Part shown: positions 16,216-25,900 of the stretch, one piece after another
Numbering within the stretch: position 1 is the stretch's first letter
How the letters are laid out: the number at the start of each line of letters is the position of its first letter
Assembly: GCA_005777315.1 (NCBI GenBank)
Contig: SXMN01000367.1
Coordinates: 1 to 58,978, forward strand
Direction of reading: 5' to 3'
Origin: Verrucomicrobiales bacterium
Lineage (GTDB): Bacteria; Verrucomicrobiota; Verrucomicrobiia; Limisphaerales; F1-12-MAGs170
DNA: 58,978 bases
The notes under the pieces: generated by a model
Databases searched by the model: none
The model's input: the letters and a program-made list of their open reading frames with translations, nothing else
What the model was told of the DNA's origin: nothing
Position numbers and translations under genes: made by a program

Positions 16216-16311
16216 CCAACTCCACCCAAGGGGCTATACTCCTTAAGAAAGACACGGTTTTTCATAGTCTATAGACCCTTGGGTGGGCTTGGGTGGTTGG
16301 GTGGTTTTGAT

Positions 16312-18438
16312 TCATCGCGTGAAGCTATAGGCGTTTGTGAAATCCATGTCGCCCGACGGCTTGCGGTATTCCTTTTTACCGCGCGTCACGGTGAAGCCGT
16401 CCACGTCCACAGTTTCAGACTCGCGGAACACTTGCTTGCACAAGCTCCCGACTTGCCGCTTGGCGCGGTCTTCGTCGGCTGGTTTGCCGGGAACCTCGAT
16501 GCCGTGCAGCTCGCAAACCTCCACCAGTTCGGACGCGGTAAGGGCAATGCCAAGTCGGCTGTCGGCTACGACGGCCAGCGCCACGGCGCGAAGCCATGAC
16601 AAGGCCGGGTTGCTGGTGCGTTCCTGTGCGGCTTGGTGTCCATCCATGAGCGGCGCGCAGCCAAGGACGTGTTGAACGATCCAGTCGAGAACTTGGCACC
16701 ATTCGGTGAAGGAGTGGCGGGTGTCGCTGGTGCGCGGCTTCCCGTTGGCGATCCAGTCCATGATTACTGCGAAGGTGCAGCCGAGAAAATACGGCTGGCG
16801 CTTCTGAAGTTCTCCCAATGTGTCGCGATAGGCGAAGCCAGGTCTTTTGCGGATACGGCAAATGGCAGCACGATTGGCAAGGTCGGGGGTTGTTTCAAGC
16901 CCGTTGCTGCTCATTTGCAAAATGAAACGGCGCGGATCAATCAGGACTTCGCCACGGTGGGGAATGCGGGCAGGGAACAAACTTGGACACGTCAAAAATG
17001 CTTCAAGATTTTGCGAGTCCATTCGTCCACGGAAGTTGTCCAGGCAGATGAATGGCCGTGCCGAGACGAGCGCAGCGGCAAATGATTCGTCCACGCTGCC
17101 GACGCCGCCACTCTTGGCCGTCACGAAATAGCTGGCCTCGTTGAATAGCGCACAGATGAGGTTGTGACGATAGCCCTTCCCGCTCTGACTTTGGTCGGCC
17201 TCGGCGCAGTCCACCGGGATGTTGCCTCGAATAAATCCACCGATGCGAAGCGCTGGTGTCAGGAAGGCGGCCAGGGCGCGGCTACGGTCGCCTTCGCCCT
17301 GAAAGGTAAATTCATCCACCAGCCAGCGCAGAGTTTTCACGGCCTCGGCAAGCGGCACTTGGGGCGGTGCATCGCCGTCCACAATAAGCAAGCCGCCTTG
17401 CTCGACGTGATAACCACGGCAAAGAATTTCAACTTCACCGTTCGCGGTTTCAATCAGGACTGGACAACGAAGCACATTGGCAATGGGTGGCAGAAAATCG
17501 CGTGCCTCACTCGCAGCCAATAATTTTTTGGCGCATTCGACGGACATGTGCGCTGGCTTCAGCGCGGGTCCGCTTTCTCCACCAGCGCGCCACGCATACA
17601 GGTTGCCGAATTTGTCCACGCGACTGCAAAAGCCTTCCGGCTTCACCATGTCCAGACTCGTCACGCCGTTCACTGTCGCCACTTCCACCAGCGCGCCGCC
17701 ACGCCAGAACAAGGATCGGCTTGGTGCGATGCGTTGAAATATCACGCGCGCCGATTCGCTGATTGTCACGGGGCCAGACGGCAGGATGATGATGCTCGGC
17801 TCGGCGCTTCCGGCGGATTCCATGACCGGCGGTGTCGGCGCGCAGTTTTCCAAGGAGGCACCTTCAGGCAACGGAAGCGGGCTAGTGTCTTTCAACCAAG
17901 CGCCAGGATCGTCCGAAACGAAACACAAACGCAGCCGGTCTTTAACAGCGGGATCGATCTCAACGCCGTATGTGTCCCGGAAGTAGTTTTGAGCCGCTTG
18001 GAAACTTTCACTATGCCGACTGCCGTCGATCGACAATCCAAACTTCAGGCCGACGCCACTTGGTGATATGAAACCAAAAGCAACGTGCGGGTCGGCTTTC
18101 ACTTTCTCGCGCAACACTTCGAGCGTGCCGTCGAGCTGGTCGCAGTCGATTTGCAACAAGCCGGAATGCGTAAGCGGCTTGGTTCTGCTGGCTGCTGTGC
18201 CGGATACAAGGAACGCCGGCAGGCTTCTTTTTGCGCGCTGGTAACCTTCGTTGTCTGTTGCGCGGAGTGCTCGCAGTCGCGCCACTTGCCTTGCATATTT
18301 TCCTTCACGGATGGCCTCGATTACGGATGCAAGCGTGCAATCCTTCGGCTCTTTCGCGAAGGCATCGCCAAAAATTGAAACTCGCAATCCCGAGAACCAA
18401 CGGAGCGGAGGGAGTGCATCGTCTGCTGGTTGATTCAC
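16312..18438 (-). CDS. mobile-element replication protein: VirE_N/BT4734-like primase domain plus P-loop (SF3 helicase-like) domain
   Basis: 708 aa. N-terminal LPAFLVSGTA...LLQIDCDQL...FISPSGVGLKFG...RLCFVSDDP fits VirE_N-type primases. Central SQSGKGY (Walker A-like, GKG not GKS/T) and FICLDNF (Walker B-like). GTG start. Confidence 0.8.
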   Translation of the reverse strand: MNQPADDALPPLRWFSGLRVSIFGDAFAKEPKDCTLASVIEAIREGKYARQVARLRALRATDNEGYQRAKRSLPAFLVSGTAASRTKPLTHSGLLQIDCDQLDGTLEVLREKVKADPHVAFGFISPSGVGLKFGLSIDGSRHSESFQAAQNYFRDTYGVEIDPAVKDRLRLCFVSDDPGAWLKDTSPLPLPEGASLENCAPTPPVMESAGSAEPSIIILPSGPVTISESARVIFQRIAPSRSLFWRGGALVEVATVNGVTSLDMVKPEGFCSRVDKFGNLYAWRAGGESGPALKPAHMSVECAKKLLAASEARDFLPPIANVLRCPVLIETANGEVEILCRGYHVEQGGLLIVDGDAPPQVPLAEAVKTLRWLVDEFTFQGEGDRSRALAAFLTPALRIGGFIRGNIPVDCAEADQSQSGKGYRHNLICALFNEASYFVTAKSGGVGSVDESFAAALVSARPFICLDNFRGRMDSQNLEAFLTCPSLFPARIPHRGEVLIDPRRFILQMSSNGLETTPDLANRAAICRIRKRPGFAYRDTLGELQKRQPYFLGCTFAVIMDWIANGKPRTSDTRHSFTEWCQVLDWIVQHVLGCAPLMDGHQAAQERTSNPALSWLRAVALAVVADSRLGIALTASELVEVCELHGIEVPGKPADEDRAKRQVGSLCKQVFRESETVDVDGFTVTRGKKEYRKPSGDMDFTNAYSFTR

Positions 18439-18577
18439 TCAACACCGCCCTTCATCGCGCGCTGGCGCTTCCCACGAAAATCCGAGACGCGCTGTCCCGG
18501 CGACCAGCCGCGACGCAGGACGCGCTCAACGAGACGGCGGGTGCTGCCAGAACTGCGGGATGCACGGAGACCACGCT

Positions 18578-18796
18578 TCAATTTGCCTCCTCAGCCAGGA
18601 ACCTGTTGATCTCCGCCACGCTGATCAGCTTGTGACGAAGCGCATTCGACGCTTTGAGTTTGCCGCGCTGGATCAGGCGGTAAACCGAGTGGTAGTTGAC
18701 ACCGAGAGCCTGTGCGGCCTCCTCGATCTTGAAGGCCATCCGTGGAATCGGAATCGGCTGTGGAACGGATTTTTCTGCGGGCGCAAGGTTTGTCAT
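18578..18796 (-). CDS. excisionase/AlpA-family helix-turn-helix protein
   Basis: 72 aa. FKIEEAAQALGVNYHSVYRLIQRGKLKA is the HTH_17/excisionase-type motif. Located between the integrase module and the replication module. Confidence 0.8.
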   Translation of the reverse strand: MTNLAPAEKSVPQPIPIPRMAFKIEEAAQALGVNYHSVYRLIQRGKLKASNALRHKLISVAEINRFLAEEAN

Positions 18797-18857
18797 GCGC
18801 CCAATGTATTTACGCCGATCTTAGCTCATTGGAACACCATTGATTGTTTCCAAGGAA

Positions 18858-19541
18858 TCAATCGTTGCGCTTAACTCGCTGCCGCTTCGGGACTCTAAAG
18901 CCCAAGTCTGCTTTCAACTTTTTTGCGTCCGTCAACGCACTTTGCACCTTGGGAGCGACTTCCCGCGCCCGCTTTTTCGCCTTCGACAATTGAGCGCTCC
19001 AGGAATTGCTAAACACGATTTGCTCGTGAAGATCGATGTCCCAAATCTCGACCCAACGCCAGGAAACGGGGTTGCGTCGATGCTTTTCAGGCTGCCGTTT
19101 TTTGATGTCCCGTTGCCCGACAAGGAAGGTTTTAATGATCGCGCCAAAGCTTTTGATGATGGTCGAATCGGTCGCACGTAAATTGAACCGGATCGGCCAT
19201 GTAAAATCCGGGTCAACCGGCGATGTGTCGCAATGGTCGGAGGAAATTTTCCAAGGTTCTTCCACATGTGCCTTCCCAATCGCCTTGATGAGGCACTGAG
19301 ATTCATACATGTCCAACTTGGGCCAAGGCGGAAGCTGAAGATCGGGTTTAAGGCGGCGAACCAACTCATAGTCATGCGCGGCGGTTTCGCGTCCGCGACG
19401 CCAAAACCAAGTCGAGGCGTAATGATCTCCTTTGAGTGTGCGCCCTTTCTTTTCATAGTAAGTCCAGAGCTTTTTAGGGCCCAAAGTTTTGGGAGTACGC
19501 CACCACCATCCGTACGCTTCAGCCCGGTCTGAATCTTTCAC
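18858..19541 (-). CDS. hypothetical Trp-rich protein co-transcribed with the integrase
   Basis: 227 aa. Its GTG start overlaps the integrase stop (GTGA at 19538-19541). No recognisable family. Confidence 0.6.
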   Translation of the reverse strand: MKDSDRAEAYGWWWRTPKTLGPKKLWTYYEKKGRTLKGDHYASTWFWRRGRETAAHDYELVRRLKPDLQLPPWPKLDMYESQCLIKAIGKAHVEEPWKISSDHCDTSPVDPDFTWPIRFNLRATDSTIIKSFGAIIKTFLVGQRDIKKRQPEKHRRNPVSWRWVEIWDIDLHEQIVFSNSWSAQLSKAKKRAREVAPKVQSALTDAKKLKADLGFRVPKRQRVKRND

Positions 19542-20695
19542 GAGATGGCCTCTTGCTGAAGTTGAACAACGTTGGCCGGCGTTGCCGTTGAAAACGAAAC
19601 ACGCTTCGCCATCTCAGCCGAGTGCTGGTCCCGAAGATGTCCGTAAACCTTCATCGCCAAAGCGCCCCCGTCCTTGTGACCAAGCCATCGCGAGACGGTC
19701 GGGATGTCCACGCCGCTTTCAATGCAACGTGTCGCGAACAGATGGCGAAGATCATGGTGGGTAATTCTTTTCATCTTCACCAGTTCGGTTGCCCGATCCA
19801 TGTTCCCCTGACATTCGCCTACACGCATCACACAGTCATGGTCTTCATGCGGTTGCTCGCTTCGCAATCGCTCTAGCAGCCCCCGCATTTCCTCGATGAT
19901 GGGCACAATCCTCTCCTCGGAGTTCTTTGTGCCCGACTCCGCATCACCGCGAACCCTGATTGTCCCCCGATCCAGATCGACATCCCCCCAGGTGACGTTT
20001 GAGGCTTCACCCTTCCGAAGTCCGCTGTAGGCCAGGAAGCGGACCAGATCCGCGCTTCCGTGGCATTGGCACACGCCTGCATTCTCGATAGCAGCCACCC
20101 ATTTCTCGAATTGCATCTGTGATGGAAGGTGAAGCTTCTTCAGTTGTGGTCGCGCTCGTTTGACGAACCTGGCGGGATTGTCATATCTGGCCCCCAGTTC
20201 GACCGCGACATCCAAGACGTGCCTCAGGACAGACACCGTGTTGTTGTAAGCAGTCGGGCTCGCTTCCTGACTGAACCGCCCTGCCCAGTCCAGGCATTCC
20301 GTTCTCGTTATCCTCCGAACATCCAGCTTCCCAAGCGAAGGCCAGGAGCGCTCAAGCGCATTGATTCGTTCGTGATAGTAAGACTTGGACCTCGGCTTTA
20401 GGGAGACATCCCCGTTGAGCCTCGCCTTGTAGATGTCCAGCGTTGAGCTGAACGTCATCTTCCCATTGGCGCAGCCAGCCTGTGATTCAGCCGACTGGCG
20501 TTCCGCCTTTTCGAGGTCTCCGAGGCGCAGTTTTGCCACGGTGACTTGATCCGTCTTGAGGCTTTTCCAAATCAGCTTGCCGTGAACCCTGAATCGTGCG
20601 AAGTAAACGCCCGATGATTTGTAGCGGATCAGATTCGAGTACTGCGTCTTCAGCCAAGGGGAATCCTTCTTTGGCTCTATTTTGCCCTGTTTCAC
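19538..20695 (-). CDS. int: tyrosine-type site-specific integrase
   Basis: 385 aa. C-terminal catalytic region HDLRHLFATRCIESGVDIPTVSRWLGHKDGGALAMKVYGHL (R..HxxR..Y). GTG start 80 nt from the tRNA 5' end. Confidence 0.9.
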   Translation of the reverse strand: MKQGKIEPKKDSPWLKTQYSNLIRYKSSGVYFARFRVHGKLIWKSLKTDQVTVAKLRLGDLEKAERQSAESQAGCANGKMTFSSTLDIYKARLNGDVSLKPRSKSYYHERINALERSWPSLGKLDVRRITRTECLDWAGRFSQEASPTAYNNTVSVLRHVLDVAVELGARYDNPARFVKRARPQLKKLHLPSQMQFEKWVAAIENAGVCQCHGSADLVRFLAYSGLRKGEASNVTWGDVDLDRGTIRVRGDAESGTKNSEERIVPIIEEMRGLLERLRSEQPHEDHDCVMRVGECQGNMDRATELVKMKRITHHDLRHLFATRCIESGVDIPTVSRWLGHKDGGALAMKVYGHLRDQHSAEMAKRVSFSTATPANVVQLQQEAIS

Positions 20696-20700
20696 AACGG

Positions 20701-20723
20701 CAGTATAGAAATGCAGTATAGAA
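20701..20723 (+). repeat. 23-nt motif CAGTATAGAAATGCAGTATAGAA, right-arm copy
   Basis: Exact copy of 11298-11320. The decayed older copy at about 11057-11080 reads cagttttgggatgcagtgtggaa. Confidence 0.7.
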
Positions 20724-20775
20724 AGTCAAATCGTGGTCTGCTGCAATCGTCTAAAAGTCCAATAAAACCAAGTGT

Positions 20776-20865
20776 GGAAGGGTGGCTGAGTGGTTGAAGG
20801 CACCTGACTCGAAATCAGGCGTAGTCGAAAGGCTACCGTGGGTTCAAATCCCACCCCTTCCGCCA
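20776..20865 (+). tRNA. tRNA-Ser (anticodon CGA)
   Basis: Hand-folded cloverleaf. Acceptor GGAAGGG/CCCTTCC, anticodon stem CCTGA/TCAGG with loop CTCGAAA, long variable arm, T arm GTGGG-TTCAAAT-CCCAC, encoded CCA. Confidence 0.9.
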
Positions 20866-20942
20866 TTTGTTTGGATAGATCTCTTCGCCCTCCGCCGGCT
20901 CCCGCTGAGGCGTCTCTCGCATGAAGTGTCAGCTCTTTCTGG

Positions 20943-22013
20943 TCAAATCTTAACCTTGAACTGTTCGCCCTTCTTCAAGGATGCCGCAAAGGCGGCCATA
21001 AGTTCGGGGATCAGGACCAGATCCTTCAGGCTGACAATTTCGACCGGCGAGTGCATGTAGCGGTTCGGAAGGCTGATCAGCGCGCTGGGGATGCCGCCGC
21101 GAGTCCAGAAGATCACGTCAGTATCGGTGCCGGAAGTCGCTGACATGGCTTCGTGCTGGAGAGGAATTCCACGGGCTTCGGCAACTTTTTCAATTCGAGC
21201 GACGACTTCCGGGTGATTGCAACCGCCGTGCGTGAGCGCCGGGCCTTTTCCGATCGACACATCGCCGTGCTGAATCTTGCTCACCGTGGGATAGTCCGTC
21301 GCGTGCGTGACATCGACGACAAGAGCCACGTCCGGTTTCAAAGTGTAGGCGATCTGCCTCGCACCGAACAGGCCGACCTCCTCCATGATGTTGGACACTG
21401 CAAGAATCTCGGCGTGAATCTTTGTTTTGCTCTCGCTCAACAGTCGCAAGGCTTCCGCGACTGCGAACGTGCCGATGCGGTTGTCGAAAGCGCGGGCAAT
21501 GGCGAGGTCGTTCCTCAGAAGTTCAAACTGGTCGTTGAGGGTGATCGGGTCGCCAATCCTCACGAGTTTCTGCGCATCCTTTTTGTCCGAAGCACCGATG
21601 TCGATGAACAGATCATGAATCTTTGGCGTTTTCTTTTCCGAATCATCCTTCGTGAGATGAGGAGCCACGTTTCCTACCACGCCTTTCACGGGCCCCGCCT
21701 TGGTGTGGATGGTGACTCGTTGTGCTTTGGTAATCGCAGGATCCACTCCACCGAGCCGGCGAACGTACACGAAACCTTCGTTGTCGATGTAGTTGACCGC
21801 CATCGCGATTTCATCCGCGTGGCCCGCGAGCATCACCCGTGGCGAACCGCCCTTGTTGAGGACTGCAACCGCGTTGCCGTATGAATCGGTGAACGTTTCA
21901 TCGGCGAAGGATTCCACGTAATCCAGCCACACGCGTTGGCCACGCGCCTCGTGCCCCGGAGGACTGGGGGTGTTCAGAAGTTTCTCCAGAAAACTCAACG
22001 ATTTTTTGCGCAT
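20943..22013 (-). CDS. M42 family metallopeptidase (FrvX/CelM-like aminopeptidase)
   Basis: 356 aa. PSPPGHE...MLAGHADEI...RAFDNRIG...MEEVGLFGA pattern of M42 peptidases. Confidence 0.9.
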   Translation of the reverse strand: MRKKSLSFLEKLLNTPSPPGHEARGQRVWLDYVESFADETFTDSYGNAVAVLNKGGSPRVMLAGHADEIAMAVNYIDNEGFVYVRRLGGVDPAITKAQRVTIHTKAGPVKGVVGNVAPHLTKDDSEKKTPKIHDLFIDIGASDKKDAQKLVRIGDPITLNDQFELLRNDLAIARAFDNRIGTFAVAEALRLLSESKTKIHAEILAVSNIMEEVGLFGARQIAYTLKPDVALVVDVTHATDYPTVSKIQHGDVSIGKGPALTHGGCNHPEVVARIEKVAEARGIPLQHEAMSATSGTDTDVIFWTRGGIPSALISLPNRYMHSPVEIVSLKDLVLIPELMAAFAASLKKGEQFKVKI

Positions 22014-22122
22014 GGATGAAGGTTAGAAAACAGCCACGGATAGAGCAAAGGGCAATTTCGACAGGGAATGTTGGGTCAAGCCATTGCCCTCGCGCATCAG
22101 GCGGACGGCTTGGGAGATTCCC

Positions 22123-22827
22123 TCACACTACAAGCCAGTAGCTCCCAGTGATGATTGCCAGCCCGGAACAGGTTCCCATCAAGTATCGATAAGCACGAGT
22201 GCCGCTGGAAGACATGGAACGGGAGACAGCCGCGATCACTGCGGCGAAGGAGGCCATGGCCAGCGCAGTGCCGGCACCGTATGCCACAAGATACGTGGAC
22301 GCCTGCGGCAAAGTGGGAAAGGCCAACGCCGGCAGAACTCCCCAAAAATGCGAACTTCCCGCCAATCCGTGAAGGGTTCCCACCGCAAACGCGGCATGGC
22401 TATGCCGATGCGCAGTCCCGTTCGAATGCGATGGGGCATCCGAAGTTCGATGGACATGCACATGAATGTGCGAGCTGCCGTCGTGTTGATGCGTGTGCGA
22501 ATGGATGTGATTCGGCCAGGCCCTTCGCAATCCCCAGATGCCTATTCCGATCAACATGATTCCAACGAGTCGCTCTGCCCACGAAGACATCTGCTCGATG
22601 GGAAGGAGTCCTCTCAAGCCAAGCAGGAGCGCACCTACGAGAACGACACCCGCCGAATGCCCGAGTCCCCATCGAAGTCCCGTCCTCCAGGTGTCACGAT
22701 GGCGATGTGCGGCCAGCGGCGCGACCGCCACCAGATGATCCGGCCCGGAGAAGACATGAATCAGCCCCGCCATCAATCCTGCAAAAAGTGCTATCAAGAG
22801 TCGCGTCCTTCTTTGATCCGACCGCAA
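22123..22827 (-). CDS. His-rich-loop metal transporter-like membrane protein (HupE/UreJ/NicO-like)
   Basis: 234 aa, polytopic. HVFSGPDHLVAV motif near TM1. Central loop has 13 His in 38 residues. Family assignment is tentative. Confidence 0.7.
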   Translation of the reverse strand: MRSDQRRTRLLIALFAGLMAGLIHVFSGPDHLVAVAPLAAHRHRDTWRTGLRWGLGHSAGVVLVGALLLGLRGLLPIEQMSSWAERLVGIMLIGIGIWGLRRAWPNHIHSHTHQHDGSSHIHVHVHRTSDAPSHSNGTAHRHSHAAFAVGTLHGLAGSSHFWGVLPALAFPTLPQASTYLVAYGAGTALAMASFAAVIAAVSRSMSSSGTRAYRYLMGTCSGLAIITGSYWLVV

Positions 22828-22988
22828 GTCGAGTTGATCCCGCCGGGCGTTCGATTGGTCGCAAAGAGATATGGCCGGGTTTCGCTGGCTGATGCAACCT
22901 TGAAAACCCTTCGTGATCCCAAATCAGTGATGTGGCTCGGAAAAAACGACGAAGGGATCAACTCAAGGCACGCAACAGCAGTCGAGTG

Positions 22989-25900
22989 TCACCTTCGCAT
23001 GATCGCTTCGTCATGATTCATGATGGCCTTTGCCAGCACGGTCCCGGCGGCAAGGTTCTCCAAAGCAATGGACGGGTCATTGACCGCTTCGCCGACGGTG
23101 ACAAGTCTCGCCGCCGCCGAAGGGTCAGCAGCGAACAGCTCCCGTTGATCATCGTACAACTTCCTCAGCACGGCGATTTCCCTCGCGGCGGGCCGGCGTG
23201 AAGTGACGGTGCGAAACGCCCATGCGAGCTGGTCTTCCAACGATGAACCACCTTCCTTGAACATGCGTTCAGCCAGGAGGCGAGCGGCCTCGATGAACTG
23301 GGTGTCGTTAAGAAGGGTCAACGCCTGTAGTGGCGTGCTGGTGTCCTGCCTCCGCACAGCGCAAGTGTTTCGCTCAGTGGAATCGAAAGTCATCATGGCT
23401 GGGTGAGGCACGGTGCGCTTCCAAAAGGTGTAAAGACTGCGTCGATGGAGATCATCGCCGTGCCCTTGCCCATACCGCGGGCGACCCATGGCGATTTCCT
23501 CCCACAAGCCTTCGGGCTGGTAGGGCTTCACGCTGGGCCCGCCCAACCGCTCCACCAACAGACTGCTTGCGGCCAGTGCCTGATCTCGGAGCATCTCGGC
23601 GGTGAGCCGGCGGGTAGGTCCGCGCGCCAGCGATTGATTGCCCGGATCACGGGCCAGCAGGTCGGCGCTGGCATGGGACGATTGGCGGTAAGTGGCCGAG
23701 GTGGCGATGAGTTTCAGCAACCGTTTCATGTCCCAACCTGTGTCGGAGAACTCGCGAGCCAGCCAATCCAGCAGCTCGGGATGAGTCGGCGTGGCACCCT
23801 GGCTCCCGAAATTATCGGGCGTCTCGACGATGCCCTTTCCGAACATCATCTGCCAGGCTCGATTGACGGTGACTCGGGCCATCAATGGGTTCTCCGGCGC
23901 GACGAGCCAGCGCGCAAGACCGAGCCGGTTCGTCGGCTGGCCTGTAGGAAATGGCGGCATGACTGCCGGTGTGTTGGCGGAGACGCGATCGCCCGGGGCA
24001 TCGTAAGCGCCGCGTTTGAGCACAAAGGCCGGCTTCGGCTCCGCCATTTCCTGCATGACCATCAATTCAGGAATCGGATTGATGAGTTTGCTTTGTTCCC
24101 TTCTGAGAGTCTGGAGGTTTTCAAGAAATCGTTGAGCCGGGGCGTAAGAGTTCGCCACGAAGTAGTCGAGCAGCCCATCCCTCTGTTCAGCTGTCAACGA
24201 CGCTGGATCCGTGTTCCACGCCTGGGTGTAATCAGGCAAGCCGGCGATGTGTGTCACTTCAAGCAAGGTCAAAGCCCTGTTGAAAACCATGAAGTCATCC
24301 ACCACGCCACCCCTGAAACCGCTGTCGCGGAAACGATGGCCAATCGCGAGATCAGGTTCCCCGCTTTCATACGTGATGTCCTTGATCAAGCCATCGCGGA
24401 TCACCTCGGTATCAGCCAGACGGCCATTGATGAAAATTCGGACGCCAGCAGCGCGGCTGGAACCGTCGTAAGCGAACGCCACATGAGTCCATTCGTTGGT
24501 TGCGAGTGTTTGCCGGGTTGAAACTTTCAGTGAATTTCCTGGCCATGCATGGTGCAACCCGAGTGCGACGCGCCCACTCTCCAGCAGCAACTCATAGCCA
24601 CGACTGCCTGCATCGACGGGTGCACGGCTGTGGTGCGCCACGACAAACCGGGGACTGTGCACGGGCGTTCGGAGCCACATGCCGATCGAGAAGGCATCGG
24701 TCCGGGTGAAATGTCCAACGCCTGGAAGAGTGAAGCCGTTTTCGCCAGTCAGTTCAGCCGCCTGCCCGTTCCGACTGGCAACAAGTTTTGGGGATTCAAC
24801 CGTGCTGGCGGGTTTTGTTGCGTTTGCAAGGTTGGTCACCTTGTTGGTAACGATTTCATCAAATGACAGGTAAGCCACAAGGCCTCGAAGTTCGGCGATG
24901 GTTGGGGCGCGTTGCGGAGTCGTCGAGGCTGAGGCCGCCCTGCCAGTGTCCAGCCATTGTGCGAACGCTGTCCCGGCCTGGCTCCGCAGGTTTGGAACCT
25001 GGCGTTCCTTTGTGGAAATCTGTTCTCGCAGGCGAGCCAGTTGCGCATCCTGTTCATCCGTGCTCAACAGCATTGTTGGCACAGGCATGACTTCGCCAAA
25101 ATAAACTGTCTGCCCCGACTCATCAATGTTTTGGAAGAAGGATGACAGTGAATAGAAATCCCGCATCGAGAGAGGGTCGTACTTGTGATCGTGGCATCGG
25201 GAACACTCGGTGGTGAGCCCGAGAAACGCCGTCGCAAACGTGTTCACCCGATCAACCACGTAAGCGACACGATATTCCTCCTCAACGATGCCGCCTTCCT
25301 CGTTCTGGCAGTGGAGCCGGTTGAACGCCGTGGCAAGTCGCTGATCCTTGGTTGCGTTCGGGAGGAGGTCGCCGGCAATCTGCCACGTGACGAACTGGTC
25401 GTAAGGAAGATTCTGATTGAACGCCTTGATCACCCAGTCGCGATACGGCCAGACCGCGCGAAAACGATCCATCTGATAACCATGAGTGTCCGCGTAGCGG
25501 GCAATGTCCAGCCACTCAACGGCCATTCTCTCTCCGTAACGAGGTGAATTGAGCAGGCGGTCAACCTGGCGCTCATAGGCGTCGGATGCCTGGTCGGAAA
25601 GGAAGGCATCAAGCTCGGCTTGAGTCGGTGGCAGGCCGGTCAAATCGAGTGTCAGGCGGCGAAGCAAAACCTCGCGTCGCGCTTCCGGTGCTGGAGTCAC
25701 ACCTTCTTTTTCCAGCCGTTCGAGAATGAAGTTATCGACAGGATTGCGCACCGAATGCTTCCCTCGCAGCGCTGGCACCTGTGGGCGCTGCGGCGTTGCA
25801 AATGCCCAATGCGTTTCCCACTTCGCCCCTTCTTCAACCCATCTGCGCAACGTCGAGATCTGTGTCGCCGTCAGTTTGCGGTCCGATTCAGTCGGCGGCA

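Larger units (their letters stand above)
11132..20815. mobile_element. integrated ~9.7 kb element (integrative island, possibly phage-satellite-like) in tRNA-Ser(CGA)
   Basis: Bounded by identical 40-nt tRNA-half repeats. Carries int, an excisionase-like HTH protein, a primase/helicase, small coupled ORFs and toxin-antitoxin cargo. Confidence 0.75.

Noticed and set aside
18435-18581. 48-aa Arg-rich ORF (TTG start) exactly bridging the excisionase-like stop and the primase GTG start (GTGA overlap)
   Set aside because: The geometry is attractive, but the ORF is below the track threshold, uses a TTG start, and has a highly basic low-complexity sequence. I cannot distinguish it from chance without conservation data.
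21153-21884. 243-aa plus-strand ORF
   Set aside because: Antisense to the well-supported M42 peptidase gene.
22084-23016. 310-aa plus-strand ORF rich in Arg, His and Met
   Set aside because: It is antisense to the His-rich transporter. Its odd composition mirrors the His-codon run on the other strand.
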